A stretch of 64,000 nt of DNA from the NCBI RefSeq assembly GCF_009914755.1, contig NC_060927.1; one strand, 5' to 3'. Within the stretch, counting starts at the first letter, position 1, and each line of letters begins with the position of its first letter. Source of the stretch: the human T2T-CHM13v2.0 reference genome, Homo sapiens. A program made the position numbers and the translations under genes. The notes below the pieces were generated by a model. It saw nothing but the letters and a program-made list of their open reading frames with translations. It searched no databases and had not been told where the DNA came from. This document shows, piece by piece, positions 47,061 to 59,967 of this stretch.

Positions 47061-48989
47061 ACAACTTATAAAAAAGGAGTGTTTTTTATTACATAAATTC
47101 TTCAGGAAGGTAATTTTGACTTTAGGTTTAGTTTTCATTTTTATGCTTACTGGAAAAACTCATACAAACTGGCCTACAGGGAGATGCCTTTATTTGAAAT
47201 ATAAAGTATAACATAAATCTTTGGAATAATTCTAGCAATATGACATTTATTCCTCTGTGTACACATTGAAAACAGAAGGTTAAGTTTCCATAGAAAACAA
47301 AAAGGAAAACATTTCATTTTATTACTCCCCTTTGCATCTCAAGAGAATAATTCTTCACATTGTTTTGAGGTCAATAATGGAGCTACAGAGGCATAAAATG
47401 TCATATTTTCCTTATTTTTATAATTGACATGTATAGTGTCTAACATCCTTTCATGCTTGTGGTCTGGCATAGTTTACTGTAATGTATACCAATACATAAT
47501 TAGGATATATTTCAGCCTGAGACACCTGGCCAAATACCAGATAGGAAATCCTATCATTCGATACATCTGTTCTGAAAGCAAATAAGAATATCTTCATTTT
47601 CTAATTTTTCTTAGGATTACATGTATTTCTTTATCTTTCAAACAGCCCTTGCATTTTGTGATACTTTAGAAAACAAAATTTAATTGCAATAAAGAATATC
47701 ATTTTGCAATTTAATGGAAAAAACACGTTTGGCACTCTACAAAGTTATATTCAAATCCAGACTCTACTGTAAGACATTGTGCAAGTTTTGTAACCATTTT
47801 GAGTCTCAGATTTTTCATGTATAAGATATGCTGAATTTAGAAAACTTCTGAGAGATTTCCAAAGATTTAACAGGACTAAAAGATCTAGTGCTGTGCCTGG
47901 CAACCAAAAGTTTCCAAATATTACTACTTTTTTTAATAGTAGAAAATAAGGCTTCATTCATAATAATTATACTATGCATCTACTTATTTATTGTTATTAA
48001 AAATAAGGCCTCATGTTTTCCTAACAAAGTCATATAATTTGATTTTTAAAATCCATTAATTGTTTCACTGAAGATAAACATAGTTAGCATTAATTTTGAG
48101 CCAGTACCACCCTACGCACTGTATACAGATGTAAATTGGACAGGTGGGTTCCTTTCTCTGGTGGAGTTTACATTTTAAGGAAGAAATATATATATATGAA
48201 GAAATTATCAAAATAATTAAAGATTTTGAGAAGTGTGAGAAATTAACAACATGTGTGACAAAGTAACTCAGTAGTGTATAGCAGTTACAGGTTTGAAAGT
48301 TCCATCTGAACAGTTTAAAAGTGTTCATAATATATATGCTATTTTATTTCAGGAGAAAATAAATATTTTTTAAATTGGGAAATAAATATATCCTTTAAAG
48401 AAATTGATTATATAATTTGTAATTAGTACCTCAATTACTTAATGGATGCTTCAATTAACACAATATTTTTGAGGATCTAGAATGTTCTAATTACACCACA
48501 TACATTATTAGGTCAGAGACATACAGAGATTTATAAAAGACAGTTTATGTCCTCAATATAAGTAACTGTAACAATGTGATTAAGACTATATAAGGGATGT
48601 GCATAAAGTGATACAGCCTCCCAGGGAACAGAACTTGAAAATGCACTGCAACAAATAAGTATCTACAACCGTCTTAGACCATCTTACACTTGTAAACTTC
48701 TAATAAAAACTTTGCTCATAGTAAAATAGTAACACCTATACCTCCCTTAAGTATCAAACCATTGAATCCTTAGAGTAGGATTTATTGAAATTCCACAGCA
48801 TGTCTTCTCTTTTTTATATGTCTTTAAACGTCTTTTCAAATATCACCGATTTCTTCCTTTACGCTAATCAAGTGAAGATATTTGCTTGAAAGCAAACTCT
48901 TAGAAAAGGCCCTGCCTTCAGAGTACTTTCTCTTTCATCTGGGGAGATGAGAAGAGAAAGTTGTCTTCATCAAGTCCATGAAAAAACCT

Positions 48990-49650
48990 CACTGCCTGAC
49001 CCAGATTTGCTCCTGCTTACGCATTCCTGTTTTACTCAGAAAATCACCACTTTCACATTTACCTAAACCAAATGTCATCCTTGAGTTGTATTCTTTACTG
49101 CCACTGCCCACATCCTGCTGTCCACCAGTGTCCCCTGGGTCCCCTCACCTCTTCAATCTCACGGCAGCTGCCTTGGATTATGTGCATATCACCTTTATCC
49201 AGGATAACAGCAATGACTGCCTAATTACTCTCCCACATGGTCTGTCCATACTTTCAGTCTACTAGAGCTTATTTTTAAATTGCTGAGTGTAATGTTATTC
49301 CTCTACTTTATTACCTACATGAAAAAAAAATCATCCAAACTCTTGTCCTGCCTTACTTCTGGCTGCACTGTCCCTCCTGCTCTATGATCCAGATACAAGT
49401 TACTTGCCATTATTGCAGAATACCCCAGACTATTTCACTTTTGCATAGAATGTTCTTGACTCCATTAGCCATCTGAGAAACTCAGACTTCATGATGGAGT
49501 TTAAACATCCTTCCTTTGCAGAGAAGTGGCTGTTAAGTCTGTGATCACATTGTTAGCACACTGAACTATCAGTATCAGCTCTAGACCAAGAGTTCCTCAT
49601 GGATGGAAACTGTGCCATAGTCATCTGAGCATCTAGCACAGTTCTTCCTA
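48990..49650 (+). mobile_element. L2 LINE fragment
   Basis: CCAAATGTCATCCTTGAG...CCAGGATAACAGCAATGACTGCCTAATT...CTAGACCAAGAGTTCCTCAT...ATCTAGCACAGT. Confidence 0.6.
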
Positions 49651-51224
49651 GGAAAATTTCCTGACTCTTTTTCCAACTTTGAAGTCCATTTCAATATGAA
49701 AATAAACACAGAGACAACTCATAATTTGGTTCTTAGAGCCAATTACCAAGTGTGTAGTCACCAAGAAGAGGAGAAATTACTCTCAGCAGGTCTTACTCCT
49801 GACCATAAAGACAATAACTTTTGCTATCACTAGAAACATGGAATTAATCATTAAGCCTTCTGGATTTGGGCCCATGCCTGCAAATGTGAAGAAATAGACA
49901 CTAGATAGTAATATGCAGTAAGATGGTAATAGGCTTAATCTAATAAACTACAAATTCCCCAAATGTAGTTTCAATTAAAAATTATGCTTAAAGGGATCAA
50001 CCTCCCTAACAATATAAGAAACCATTTTTGAATATTAAAGAATGATAGCATCATGATGATTTACATATAAAGTCATAGTCCATAATTTTTCATCCCCATT
50101 GAGATGAAAGGTAGCCAAGACCATAAACAGACACATTTTTGCAAGGTCTTACATAAAACATTCAGTATCAGTAGAATATGTGTTGAGTTATTACCAAGGA
50201 ATTGCCTCACTGGTCCATTTTCAAAGGAGAGGTAATCTATTATTTACATTGTTTTATTCACATTAGCCTCAGGGGAAAATGGAAAAATGTAGAAGTTTAG
50301 ATAAGTCTACATCTCACATCTATCATAAATATTGTAATAGTAGGATTTTCTCAGGCAAAAAAGTGAGGAAACTAACTTTTTGCTATAAAGCAAATACAAT
50401 GAGTAAGCACATATTAATATGCCTATTATTTCTCAAAACTTGAATGTTCTTACCCAGGACAACCCAATAACATGAGCAATATACTTTCAAACAGGAAAAG
50501 GACAAAATGTTAAGTGCTGAGCAATTTCCTCTCTCTATGTTATTTTTAGAAAACCTTATTCTTTCACTATACATTTCATCTTCAACATTAATTTCTTCCT
50601 TAACCTAAATTTTTTACTATATCACAACTTTTTCTCTTCATTCCTCTTGTCTATCCAAGACATGACAGTGCCTTATTTAGACTATCATCTTGGGCTTTTC
50701 TATTTTTTAATCAAAAAAGTTTTCTCTCCCCAAAAAAGAAAAAAAAACTAAATCTTTTAGCAACTCTAATAAATCCACTTATGGTCCACTGACTACCTCA
50801 GTTTAGAAAACTTATACATCAGTCTTTTCTCTTTTTAATAAAGATGGGAGAAGATGAGAACAGTTACTAAGTCAAACTACTTTGATCGTAAACTGCTATT
50901 TTTAAAATACCAAAACACATGCTGCCCCAAAAACTGCCTGCTCCCCCAACTCCCACTCCAATTGTAAACAACTGGAGACCTAATTTCCCACCCTTTACTC
51001 AGACCTACCTGAATTGCCCCCACCTGCTCCAAGCATCAAGCTCAGGGCTAGCAGTAACAGCAGACACATCTAGCTTAAGTTAAGTGTTGCACTTCACTTT
51101 TCTTTATACATTTATTGTTATAAAATATATTGCCACCTCAATATGTATTATGAACAGCATGTTTCTAAGGATAAAAGTTGATTTAATTGGGCCAGAGTGG
51201 TACTATGGCCAGATTGACCAGAAA

Positions 51225-51554
51225 ATTTTTTAAAATAATTTCAACTTTTACTTTAGATTATATGTACAGATTTGTTTCATGGATATATTGTGTGATGCTG
51301 AGATTTGGAGTATGAATGATTCCATCACCCAGGTAGTGCATAGTATTCAGTAGGTAATTTTTGAGCCCTTGCCCCTCTCCCTTTCTCACCCCTCTAGCAG
51401 TCCCCAGTGCCTGTTTTTTGCATCTTTACGTCAATGTGTACACAATGTTTAGCTCTCACTTATAAGTGAGAACACGTGGTATTTGTTTTTCTGTTTCTGT
51501 GTTAATTTGCTTAGGATAATGGCCTCCAACTGCATCCATGTTGCCGCAGAGGAC
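51225..51554 (-). mobile_element. L1PA15/16-like 3' end
   Basis: TTTCAACTTTTACTTTAGATT...TGTGTGATGCTGAGATTTGG...CACTTATAAGTGAGAACA...GGATAATGGCCTCC. Confidence 0.85.
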
Positions 51555-52691
51555 GTTGGACAAAGATCAGGTGATTTTAATGAGGACTCAGATGGCAATG
51601 GACCGCCCTACAGGAGACAGCTTTGTAGATGGCCAAGCTCTAGGTTGAAGTCCTTAATGTGAGTTAGGTTTTTTTATCTCAAAAGTATCTGTATAATGTC
51701 ATATCAAAGGCTCTTAGTAAACAAATGATGTAAAAAATGTTGAGGTTATGTTTCATTACAGCAATCAACAAGAACTGTCCACATGAGTTACAACGAAAGA
51801 ATTGTTAAAGAGGGACAAGGATTGGAGATTTAAATATATTTCGCATTTAGATTTTTATTTGAATTGCATTTATTTTAATTGCATTTGACATATCCTATTA
51901 CTACATTTGTTTCTTGTTCTATTTTAAGTATGAATAACTTTAAGTCTTTCCTTTTACAAATAACTTATGAAAAGTAATAACTAATTGCTGAAATTAACCT
52001 TACTGCAGAAAAAACTATGTTTTGATTTTCTGAAATATTTGCATTTTAATAACATGTATCAGGGGTATGGATAAAATTTAAATCTTCTCAAAATGCTGCC
52101 ATTGAGAATTTTCAGTTTTAACTTTAGCATTGTTTTTCTACAAGGCTAATATAGTTCTCTCTTTAAGATACAATCAGAATCATTATTTTCTCACACTTAT
52201 CTCTTTGAATGATTAAACTTAATAGACCCACATGGATTACCTACCTATCCAAGGCAGTTTCTGATTTCTTAAAATTTGAAATATAATATTTATTAAAGAT
52301 GTGAGTTGACAAAAAGTGAATCAGTCCAGCTCCCAATGAGTTATTTACAGTTCACTATTTCAATCAAAGCTATGTTAATGAAAATTACTGTGTAGCTCTG
52401 AAGTTTAAAAATGAGTTAATAAAGTAAATGTAATTCTAAGGTTTGAGATACTTGAGCTGATTCACATTAGATGCAATGTTCTATGTATTATTATGTTAGA
52501 GCTACAACTTGATTGACTTAGAATGATTTGTTAAAACAATTTACCACTGCAATATTGAGATGGAAAGCAAAACAAAATCTCCATCCCCTTACTTTCTTGT
52601 TCCTTAGTATAGTGCATGTGAGTTCACATATTCATATTGAGTGTCTATTTATTCACAAACTCCTTCAGCAAAATTAGCACAAAGTACTTAC

Positions 52692-52709
52692 CACAGACTT
52701 TGCGAGGCC
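52692..52709 (-). other. Candidate 18-nt microexon GGCCTCGCAAAGTCTGTG
   Basis: Long pyrimidine tract GTTTGTTCCCATTGCTTTTTTGTCTTCATTTTTCCAG| and consensus donor GTG|GTAAGT. Frame-preserving and open in all three frames (GLAKSV / GPRKVC / ASQSL). Confidence 0.55.
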
Positions 52710-53670
52710 CTGGAAAAATGAAGACAAAAAAGCAATGGGAACAAACAAACAAAAGCAAATTTAAAATGTATTATCATTGCATACTTCACATCATAGAACT
52801 TCAGTGGATAGAGTGAGCAGGTAACACATGCCTTTTCAGTCAAGGAAAACTGTACGAAAATGGTCAAGTTATTTGTCATCATTAATTCCTTTGACTAAAT
52901 AGGAAATTAGAAGCCCAGATTTACACATACTTCCCAACTACTTCTGCATCCTTAATTTACCACTAACACTTTTAGAGAATAAATTCTGGTTTTAAAAAAA
53001 AAGAAATAATGATTACAACTTTTGCATATGACAAGATGCAAGACTAAATAACTTGCTGCCCTCAAGGAAACATCTAGAAATCCTACAAAAGGATAAAATA
53101 ATTTCTTTTAAAGAATCTATTAAAAAAGAAAGGGAATACCAAGTGGCTGATATCAAGGGGAATAGTCCATTTTAGAGTGAGGAGAACAAACTTATTCTGG
53201 GAATATCCTGGTAAGAGATGTTCAGCAATAAAGAGATCTCAACAATAAAGGGCTTAGAAATGGAATGAACCCTTAATTCTAAACAATACAAGAAATTGGA
53301 GCAAAACTCCCACACAAAAAAACTGTGACCCTCCAAGAACTACAGCCTCGAGGAATAATAATAATAATAATAATTAACTAATGAGAAGTCCATTCACACA
53401 AAGAGATTAGAAGGGAGATTAGAAGGGAGCTTTTTTTCCTCTCAGTCCACGGGTCTGAAAATAAATAAATAAATAAAGCCTGTTTTTGAGATTTTGTAAG
53501 CATAGGTTAATCACCATTCAGGTTTAAAAAGTTGATAAATCTGTGGAGAAAGCAAAATAAGCTTTGACTGATAAAACAATAATAAGCTCTAACTCAAGGA
53601 TTAAGAAAAAAGTAGAGATAAGATTTTGGAAAACAATAACATGGAGTAGAGCCAAGATGGCTGTCCCCAC

Positions 53671-54722
53671 TTTAATTTGCATAGGACAATGGCCTCCAGC
53701 TGCATCCATGTTGCAGCAATAAACATGATTTCCTTTTCTTTTGGCTGTGTAGTATTCCAGGGTGTATATATAGAACAGTTTTTTCTTTTTAATTCAGTCC
53801 ACCACTGATGGGCATCTGAGTTGATTCCATGTCTTTGCTATTGTGAATAGTGCTGCAATGAACAAACACGTGTATGTGTCTTTATGGCAGAAAGATTTAT
53901 ATTCTTTTGGGTGTATATCCAGTAATAGGATTGCTGTATTGAATGATAGTTCTGTTTTAAGTTCCTCGAGAAATCTCAAAAATACTTTCCACAGTGGCTG
54001 AACTAATTTTTATTCCCACCGGCAGTGTATAAGTGTTTGCTTTTTTTCACAACCCAGCCAACATGTTATTTTTTAACTTTTTAGTGATAGCCATCCTGAC
54101 TAATGTGAGATGGTATCTCATTATGATTTTGATTTGCATTTCTCTAATTATTATTTATGTTGATCATGTTTCATATGCTTATTGGCTGCATTTAAGTCTT
54201 CTTTTGAGAAGTGTCTGTTCATGTCCTTTGCCCATTTATTAATGGGGTTGTTTGGTTTTTGCTTGTTAGTTTGTTTAAGTTCCTAATACATTCTGGATAC
54301 TAGCTCTTTCTTTAATGCATAGTTTGCAAATATTTTCTCCCATTCTGTAGGTTGTCTGTGTACTCTCTTGATAGTTTCTTTTGCTGTACAGAAGCCGTTT
54401 GGCTTAATTTGGTCTCATTTGTCAATTTTTGCTTTTGTTGCAATTGCTTTTGAAGACATTTTTATGAAATCTATGCCAATGCCTATGTCCAGAAAGGTAG
54501 TTCCTAGGTTTTCTTCTAAAGTTTTTGTAGTTTTAGCTCTTACATTGAAGTCTTTAATCAATTTTGAGTTGAGTTTTGTATATTGTAAAAGGAAGGGGTC
54601 CAGTTTCAATCTTCTGCATATGGCTAGCAAGCTAGCCATTTATCCCAGCACCATTTATTGAATATTGAGTCCTTTCTCCAGTGCTTGTTTTTGTGAACTT
54701 TGTCAAAGATTAGATGGTTGTA
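53671..54722 (-). mobile_element. L1PA15/16- or PB-like ORF2 3' segment (non-inverted part of a twin-primed L1)
   Basis: ORFs 53794..53979 and 54415..54639 are the L1 ORF2 C-terminus on the minus strand. Confidence 0.85.
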
Positions 54723-55417
54723 AGAATAAAACACTTAGCAACCAGAAAAGGCCATGGACCCAGCAAATTTATAACTGAATTCTATCAGATGTACAAAGAA
54801 GAGCTGATACTAATCCTACTGAAACAATTCCAAAAAATCAAGAAGAGAGTCTTCCCTAACTCATTCTATGAGGCCAGCATTATTCTGGTACCAAAATCTG
54901 AAATAAACACAACCAACAAGGAAAACTTTAGGCCAATATCCCTGATGAACATTGATGCAAAAATCCTCAATAAAATACTAGCATACTGAACCCAGCAGCA
55001 CACCAAAAAGCTAATCCATCTTAATCAACTAGGCTTTATTCCTGGGATGCAAGGTTAGTTAAACATATGCAAACCAATAAACTTGATTCATCACATAAAC
55101 AGAACTAAAACAAAAATTACATGATCATCTCAATAGAGTCAGAAACAAGTTTAGATAAAATTCAACATCCCTTCATATTAAAAACCCTCAACAAACCAGG
55201 CATTGAAGAAATATACCTCAAAATAATTAGAGCCACTTATGACAAACCCATGGCCAACATCATACTGACTGGGCAAAAGCTGAAAGAATTCCCCTTGAGA
55301 ACCAGAAAAAGACAAGCAGGCCCACTCCTACCACTCCTATTCAATATAATGCTGGAAGACCTAGCCAGAGCAGTCAGGCAACAGAAAGAAATAAAAGGTA
55401 TCCAAACAGGAAGAAAG
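54723..55417 (+). mobile_element. Inverted L1 ORF2 RT segment, continuing at 63970-64000
   Basis: ORFs 54714..54989 and 55121..55444 ([24 protein letters not shown]). The host L1 resumes CAAATAGGAAAACAGGATGTCAAACTATCTC at 63970. Confidence 0.85.
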
Positions 55418-58400
55418 GAGAGGCAAAGCAAAATGGCAGAATAGAAGACTGCATTGATCGTCCCCCTTGCTACTCCCACAAGAACACCAACTTAACAAGC
55501 CCACACAGAAAAACAACTTCATAATAACCAAAAATCAGGAGAGCACTCATAGTACCTGTTTTTAACTATATCACTGAAAAAGGTACTAAAGAGTTAGAAA
55601 AAACAGGCTTGAATTTCCAATGTCAACCCTCCCACAACTTAGGCAGCAGCTGCCTGGTGCAGAGAGCATCTTTGAACAGTGAGGGAGGGAGAGCACAGCA
55701 ATTAGGAGGCACTGAACTCAGTGCTGTCCTGTTAGAAGAGAAAGGGAAACCAGACCAAACTCAGATGATACTTAACCATGGAGGGAGCATTTAAACGAAC
55801 CCTAGACAGAAGGGAATTGCTGATCTTAGTGGTCTAAACTTAAGTCCCCACAAACCTCACCACTGAGGGCTACAGTGCTCTGTGTCTCCAAGGAAACTTG
55901 AAAGGCACTGTTGGCCATAAGGACTGCAACTCTTAGACAAGTCCTAGAGCTGAACTAGGCCCAGAGACAGTGGACTGGGGGACACCTGAGCTGCTGACAC
56001 ATCAGCTGGGGTAGCTAAGGGAATGCAGGTATCACCCCTCCCCTAACCCCAGCCTGCACAGCTCAAGGCTCCAAAAGAGACCCCTTCTTTCCACTTGAGG
56101 AAAGGAGAGGGACGAGTAGGGAAGACTCTGTCTTGCATCTTGGATACTAGCTCAGCCACAGCAGGGTAGGGCACTTGTCAGAGTTGTGAGGCCTCTGTTC
56201 CAGGTCTCTAGCTCCCAGATGATGTTTCTAGACACACTCTGAGCCAGAAGGAAACCTGCTGCCATGAGGGAAAGAACCCAGTCCTACAAACATTCATCAC
56301 TTGTTAACTGAAGAGCCCTTAGGCCCTGAATAACCAACAATGACACCCAAGTACTACACAGAGGGCTTTGGAAGATCCTCAGAGGATTGCTGGCTTCAGG
56401 TACCAGCAAGACTACAGTGGGGTAGAGTACCAAGCAGGCTCTTTGGGTGCCCAATTCCAGGACTTGATTTTCATATGTCATGTCTGAACTTATCCTGGGC
56501 CAGAGGGGAGCACACTGCCCTGAAGGGTGAGTCCCAGGCCTGGCAACATTCACCAAAAACTGACTTAAGAGTCCTTGGGCCTTAAGAGAACATTGGTAGT
56601 AGTCTGGCAGTACTCCTCATGGCCTGGGGTGGTGGTAACTAGAGGGTGAGGCTCCTCTGCCTTTGGAAAGGGGAGAGATAAGTGGGAAAGACTATGTGTG
56701 TATTGTGGTTTGAGTGTCAGCTCAGCTGCAGTACAATAGAACAGCAGGTAGACTTCTAAGGTTTTTGACTCTAGGCCCTGAATCTCTCATGCACCTCTGG
56801 ACCCATCCAGGGCCTAAAGGTCCTTGCTGCCCTGAAGAGGACACAGGCCTGGCTGGCTTTGTCACCTGCTGATTGTAGAGCTCAAGGCCTTGAACAAATG
56901 TAAGTAGTGGCCAGGGAGTGATTAGAGCAGGTTTTGGGCAAAACCCAGTGCTGTGGGAGCTTCAGGTCTGATGCAGTGCAGTCATAGTGGTGGTGGCTAC
57001 AGGGATGCCTGTGTCACTCCACTCCCAACTTTAGGTGGCTCAGAACAGAGAGTGAAATTCTGTTTGGGAAAAAGTCAGGGAAGAGAACAAGAGCCTCTGT
57101 GTGGTAATTCAGAGAATTCTTCCAGATCTTGTCCAAGATCATCAAGGCAGTACCTCTATGAGTCTGCAAGAACCACAGCATTACTGGGTTTGGGGTGTCC
57201 CCTAAAGTTAATACAGCTTATATCACAACATCCATGTTCTTTCAAATATCTAGAAAGCCTTCACAAGAAGGATGGGTACAAACAAGCCCAGACTATGAAG
57301 ACTACAATAAACACCTAACTCTTTAATGTCCAGGAACTCACAAACATCCACAAGCATTAAGATCATCTAGGAAAACAAGACCTCACCAAATGAACTAAAT
57401 ATGGCACCAGGGACCAATTGGGAGAAACAGAGATATGTGACCTTTCAGACAGAGAATTCAAAATAGCTGTGTTGAGGAAACTCAAATAAATTCAAGAGAA
57501 CACTGAGAAGGAATTCAGAATTTCATTGGATAAATTTAACAAAGAAACTGAAATAATTAAAAAGAATCAAGTGAAATTCTGGAGCTTAAAAATGCAGTTG
57601 GCATAATAGAGAATGCAACAGAGTCCTTTAATAGCTGAATTGATCAAGCAGAAGAAAGAATTGGTGAGCTTGATTAAGCAGAAGAAAGAATTAATGATCA
57701 CAGGCTATTTGAAAATACACAGAGGAGACAAAAGAAAAAATAATTTAAAAACAATATAGCATGGATGTTTTGATCTAGAGGATCTAGAAAATAACCTGGA
57801 AAGGAAAAAGCTAAGAGTTATTGACCTTAAAGAGGAGGTAGAGAAAGAGACAGGGATAAAAAGTTTATTCAAAGGCATAATAACAGAGAACTTCCCAATC
57901 CTAGAAAAAGATACCAATATCTAAATACAAGAAGGTTATAGAACACCAAGTAGATATAACCCAAGGGAGACTATCTCAAGGCATTTAATAATCAAACTCC
58001 CAAGGGATAAAGAAAAGATTCTAAAAGCAGCAAGAGTAAAGAAGCATACGATATAAAATGGAGCTCTAATATGTCTGGCAGCAGACTCTTCACTAGAAAC
58101 TTTACAGGCCTGGAGAGGGTAGGAAGACATATTTAAAATGCTGAAGAAAAAATAACTGTTACACTAGAATAGTATATCCAGTGAAAATATCTTACAAACA
58201 TGAAGAAAAAACAAACATGAAGAAGAAATACTTTCCCAGACAAACAAACACTGAGGAATTTCATCAACACCAGACCTGTCCTACAAGAATTGTTAAAGAG
58301 AGTGCTTCAATCATAAAGGAGAGGACATTAATGAGCAATAAATAATCACCTGAAGACAAAAAACTCACTGGTAATATTAAGTACACAGAAAAAACACAGA

Positions 58401-59652
58401 ATATTACTGTAACTGTGGTATGTAAACTACTCTTATCCTAAATAGAAAGGGTAAATAATGAACCAATCAAAAATAATAACTACAACAACTTTTCAAGATA
58501 GAGTCAGTACAATAAGATATAAATAGCAACAACAACAAGTTAAAAAGCAGGGATGCAAAGTTAAGGAGTAGATTTTTTATTAGTTTATTTTTGGCTTATT
58601 TGTTTGTGCAGTGTTAAGTTGTTATCAGGTTAAAATAATGAGTTATAAGGTAGTATCTGCAAGCCTCATGGTAACATGAAAACAAAATCATATAATGGAT
58701 ACAAAATAAAGGAAAAGCTAGAAACTAAATTATACCACCAGAGAAAATCACCTTTACATGAGGAAGACAGGAAGGAAAGCAAGAAAGATGAGAAGACCAT
58801 AAAAACAATGAGAAAACAAGTAACAAAGTTGCAAGGGTAAGTCCTTACTTATCAATAATAACATCGAATGTAAATGGACTAAACGCTCCAGTCAAAAGAC
58901 ATAGACTGGCTAATTCGGTGAAAAAACAAGACTCATCAATCTATTGCCTACAAGAACCACACTTCACCTGTAAAGACACACATAGACTGAGAACCAAAGG
59001 ATGGAAAGAGATGTTCCATGCCAATGGAAATTGAAAAAGAGCAGGAGTCACTATATATAAATCAGACAAAATAGATTTCAAGACAAAAACTATAAGAAGA
59101 GATAAAGAAGGTAGCTATATAATGATAAAGGAGTCAACCCCTTAAGAGGACATAACAATTTTAAATATATAAGCACTCAACACTGGAGCACATGGACACA
59201 TAAAAAAATTATTAGAGCAAAAGAGAGAGCAAGGCTCCAATACAATAATAGCTGGAGACTTTAACACCCCGTTTTCAGCATTGGACAGATCTTACAGACA
59301 GAAAATCAAAAAAGAATCATCAAATTTAATCTGTGTTATAGGGCAAATGTACCTAATATATATTTACAGAACATTTAATCCAATGGCTGAGGAATACACA
59401 TTATTTTCCTCAGCACATGAATAATTATAAAGGATAAACAATATTTCAGGTCATAAAACAAGTCTTAAAGCATTCAAAAAAACTGAAATAATATCAGGCA
59501 TCTTCTCTGACCACAGTGGAAAAAAATTAGAAATTAATAGTGAGAGGACTTTTTGAAACTATAGAAGTAGATGGGAAGTAAATAATATGCTCCTGAATGA
59601 CCAGCGGGTCATTGAAGAAATTAAGAAGTAAATACAAAAATTTATTGAAACA

Positions 59653-59936
59653 GGCCAGGCGAGATGGCTCATGCCTGTAATCCCAGCACTTTGGGAGGCT
59701 GAGGTGGGCAGATCACAAGGTCAGGAGATCAAGACCATCCGGCTAACACAGTGAAACCCTGTCTCTAATAAAATTACAAAAAATTAGCCGGGCGTGGTGG
59801 TGGGCACCTGTAGTCCCAGCTACTCAGGAGGCTGAGGCAGGAGAATGGCGTGAACCTGGGAGGCGGAGCTTGCAATGAGCCGAGACCACACCACTGCACT
59901 CCAACCTGGGCGACAGAGCAAGACTCCATCTCAAAA

Positions 59937-59965
<29 letters not shown>
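59653..59965 (+). mobile_element. AluY SINE with (TAAA)n tail
   Basis: Y diagnostics GGCTAACAC, GAATGGCGTGAACC and GGAGCTTGCA. Diverged TSD AAATTT(A/C)TT(G/A)AA(A/G)CA. Confidence 0.92.

Positions 59966-59967
<2 letters not shown>

Noticed and set aside
50536-50585. Protein-like minus-strand stretch VKEEINVEDEMYSERI
   Set aside because: The flanking splice sites are poor (A-rich acceptor, GTTTTC donor), and purine-rich composition explains the peptide.
57641-57700. 30-bp duplication in L1MA ORF1 and a 14-bp duplication at ~53403
   Set aside because: Ordinary slippage duplications inside or near dead repeats.
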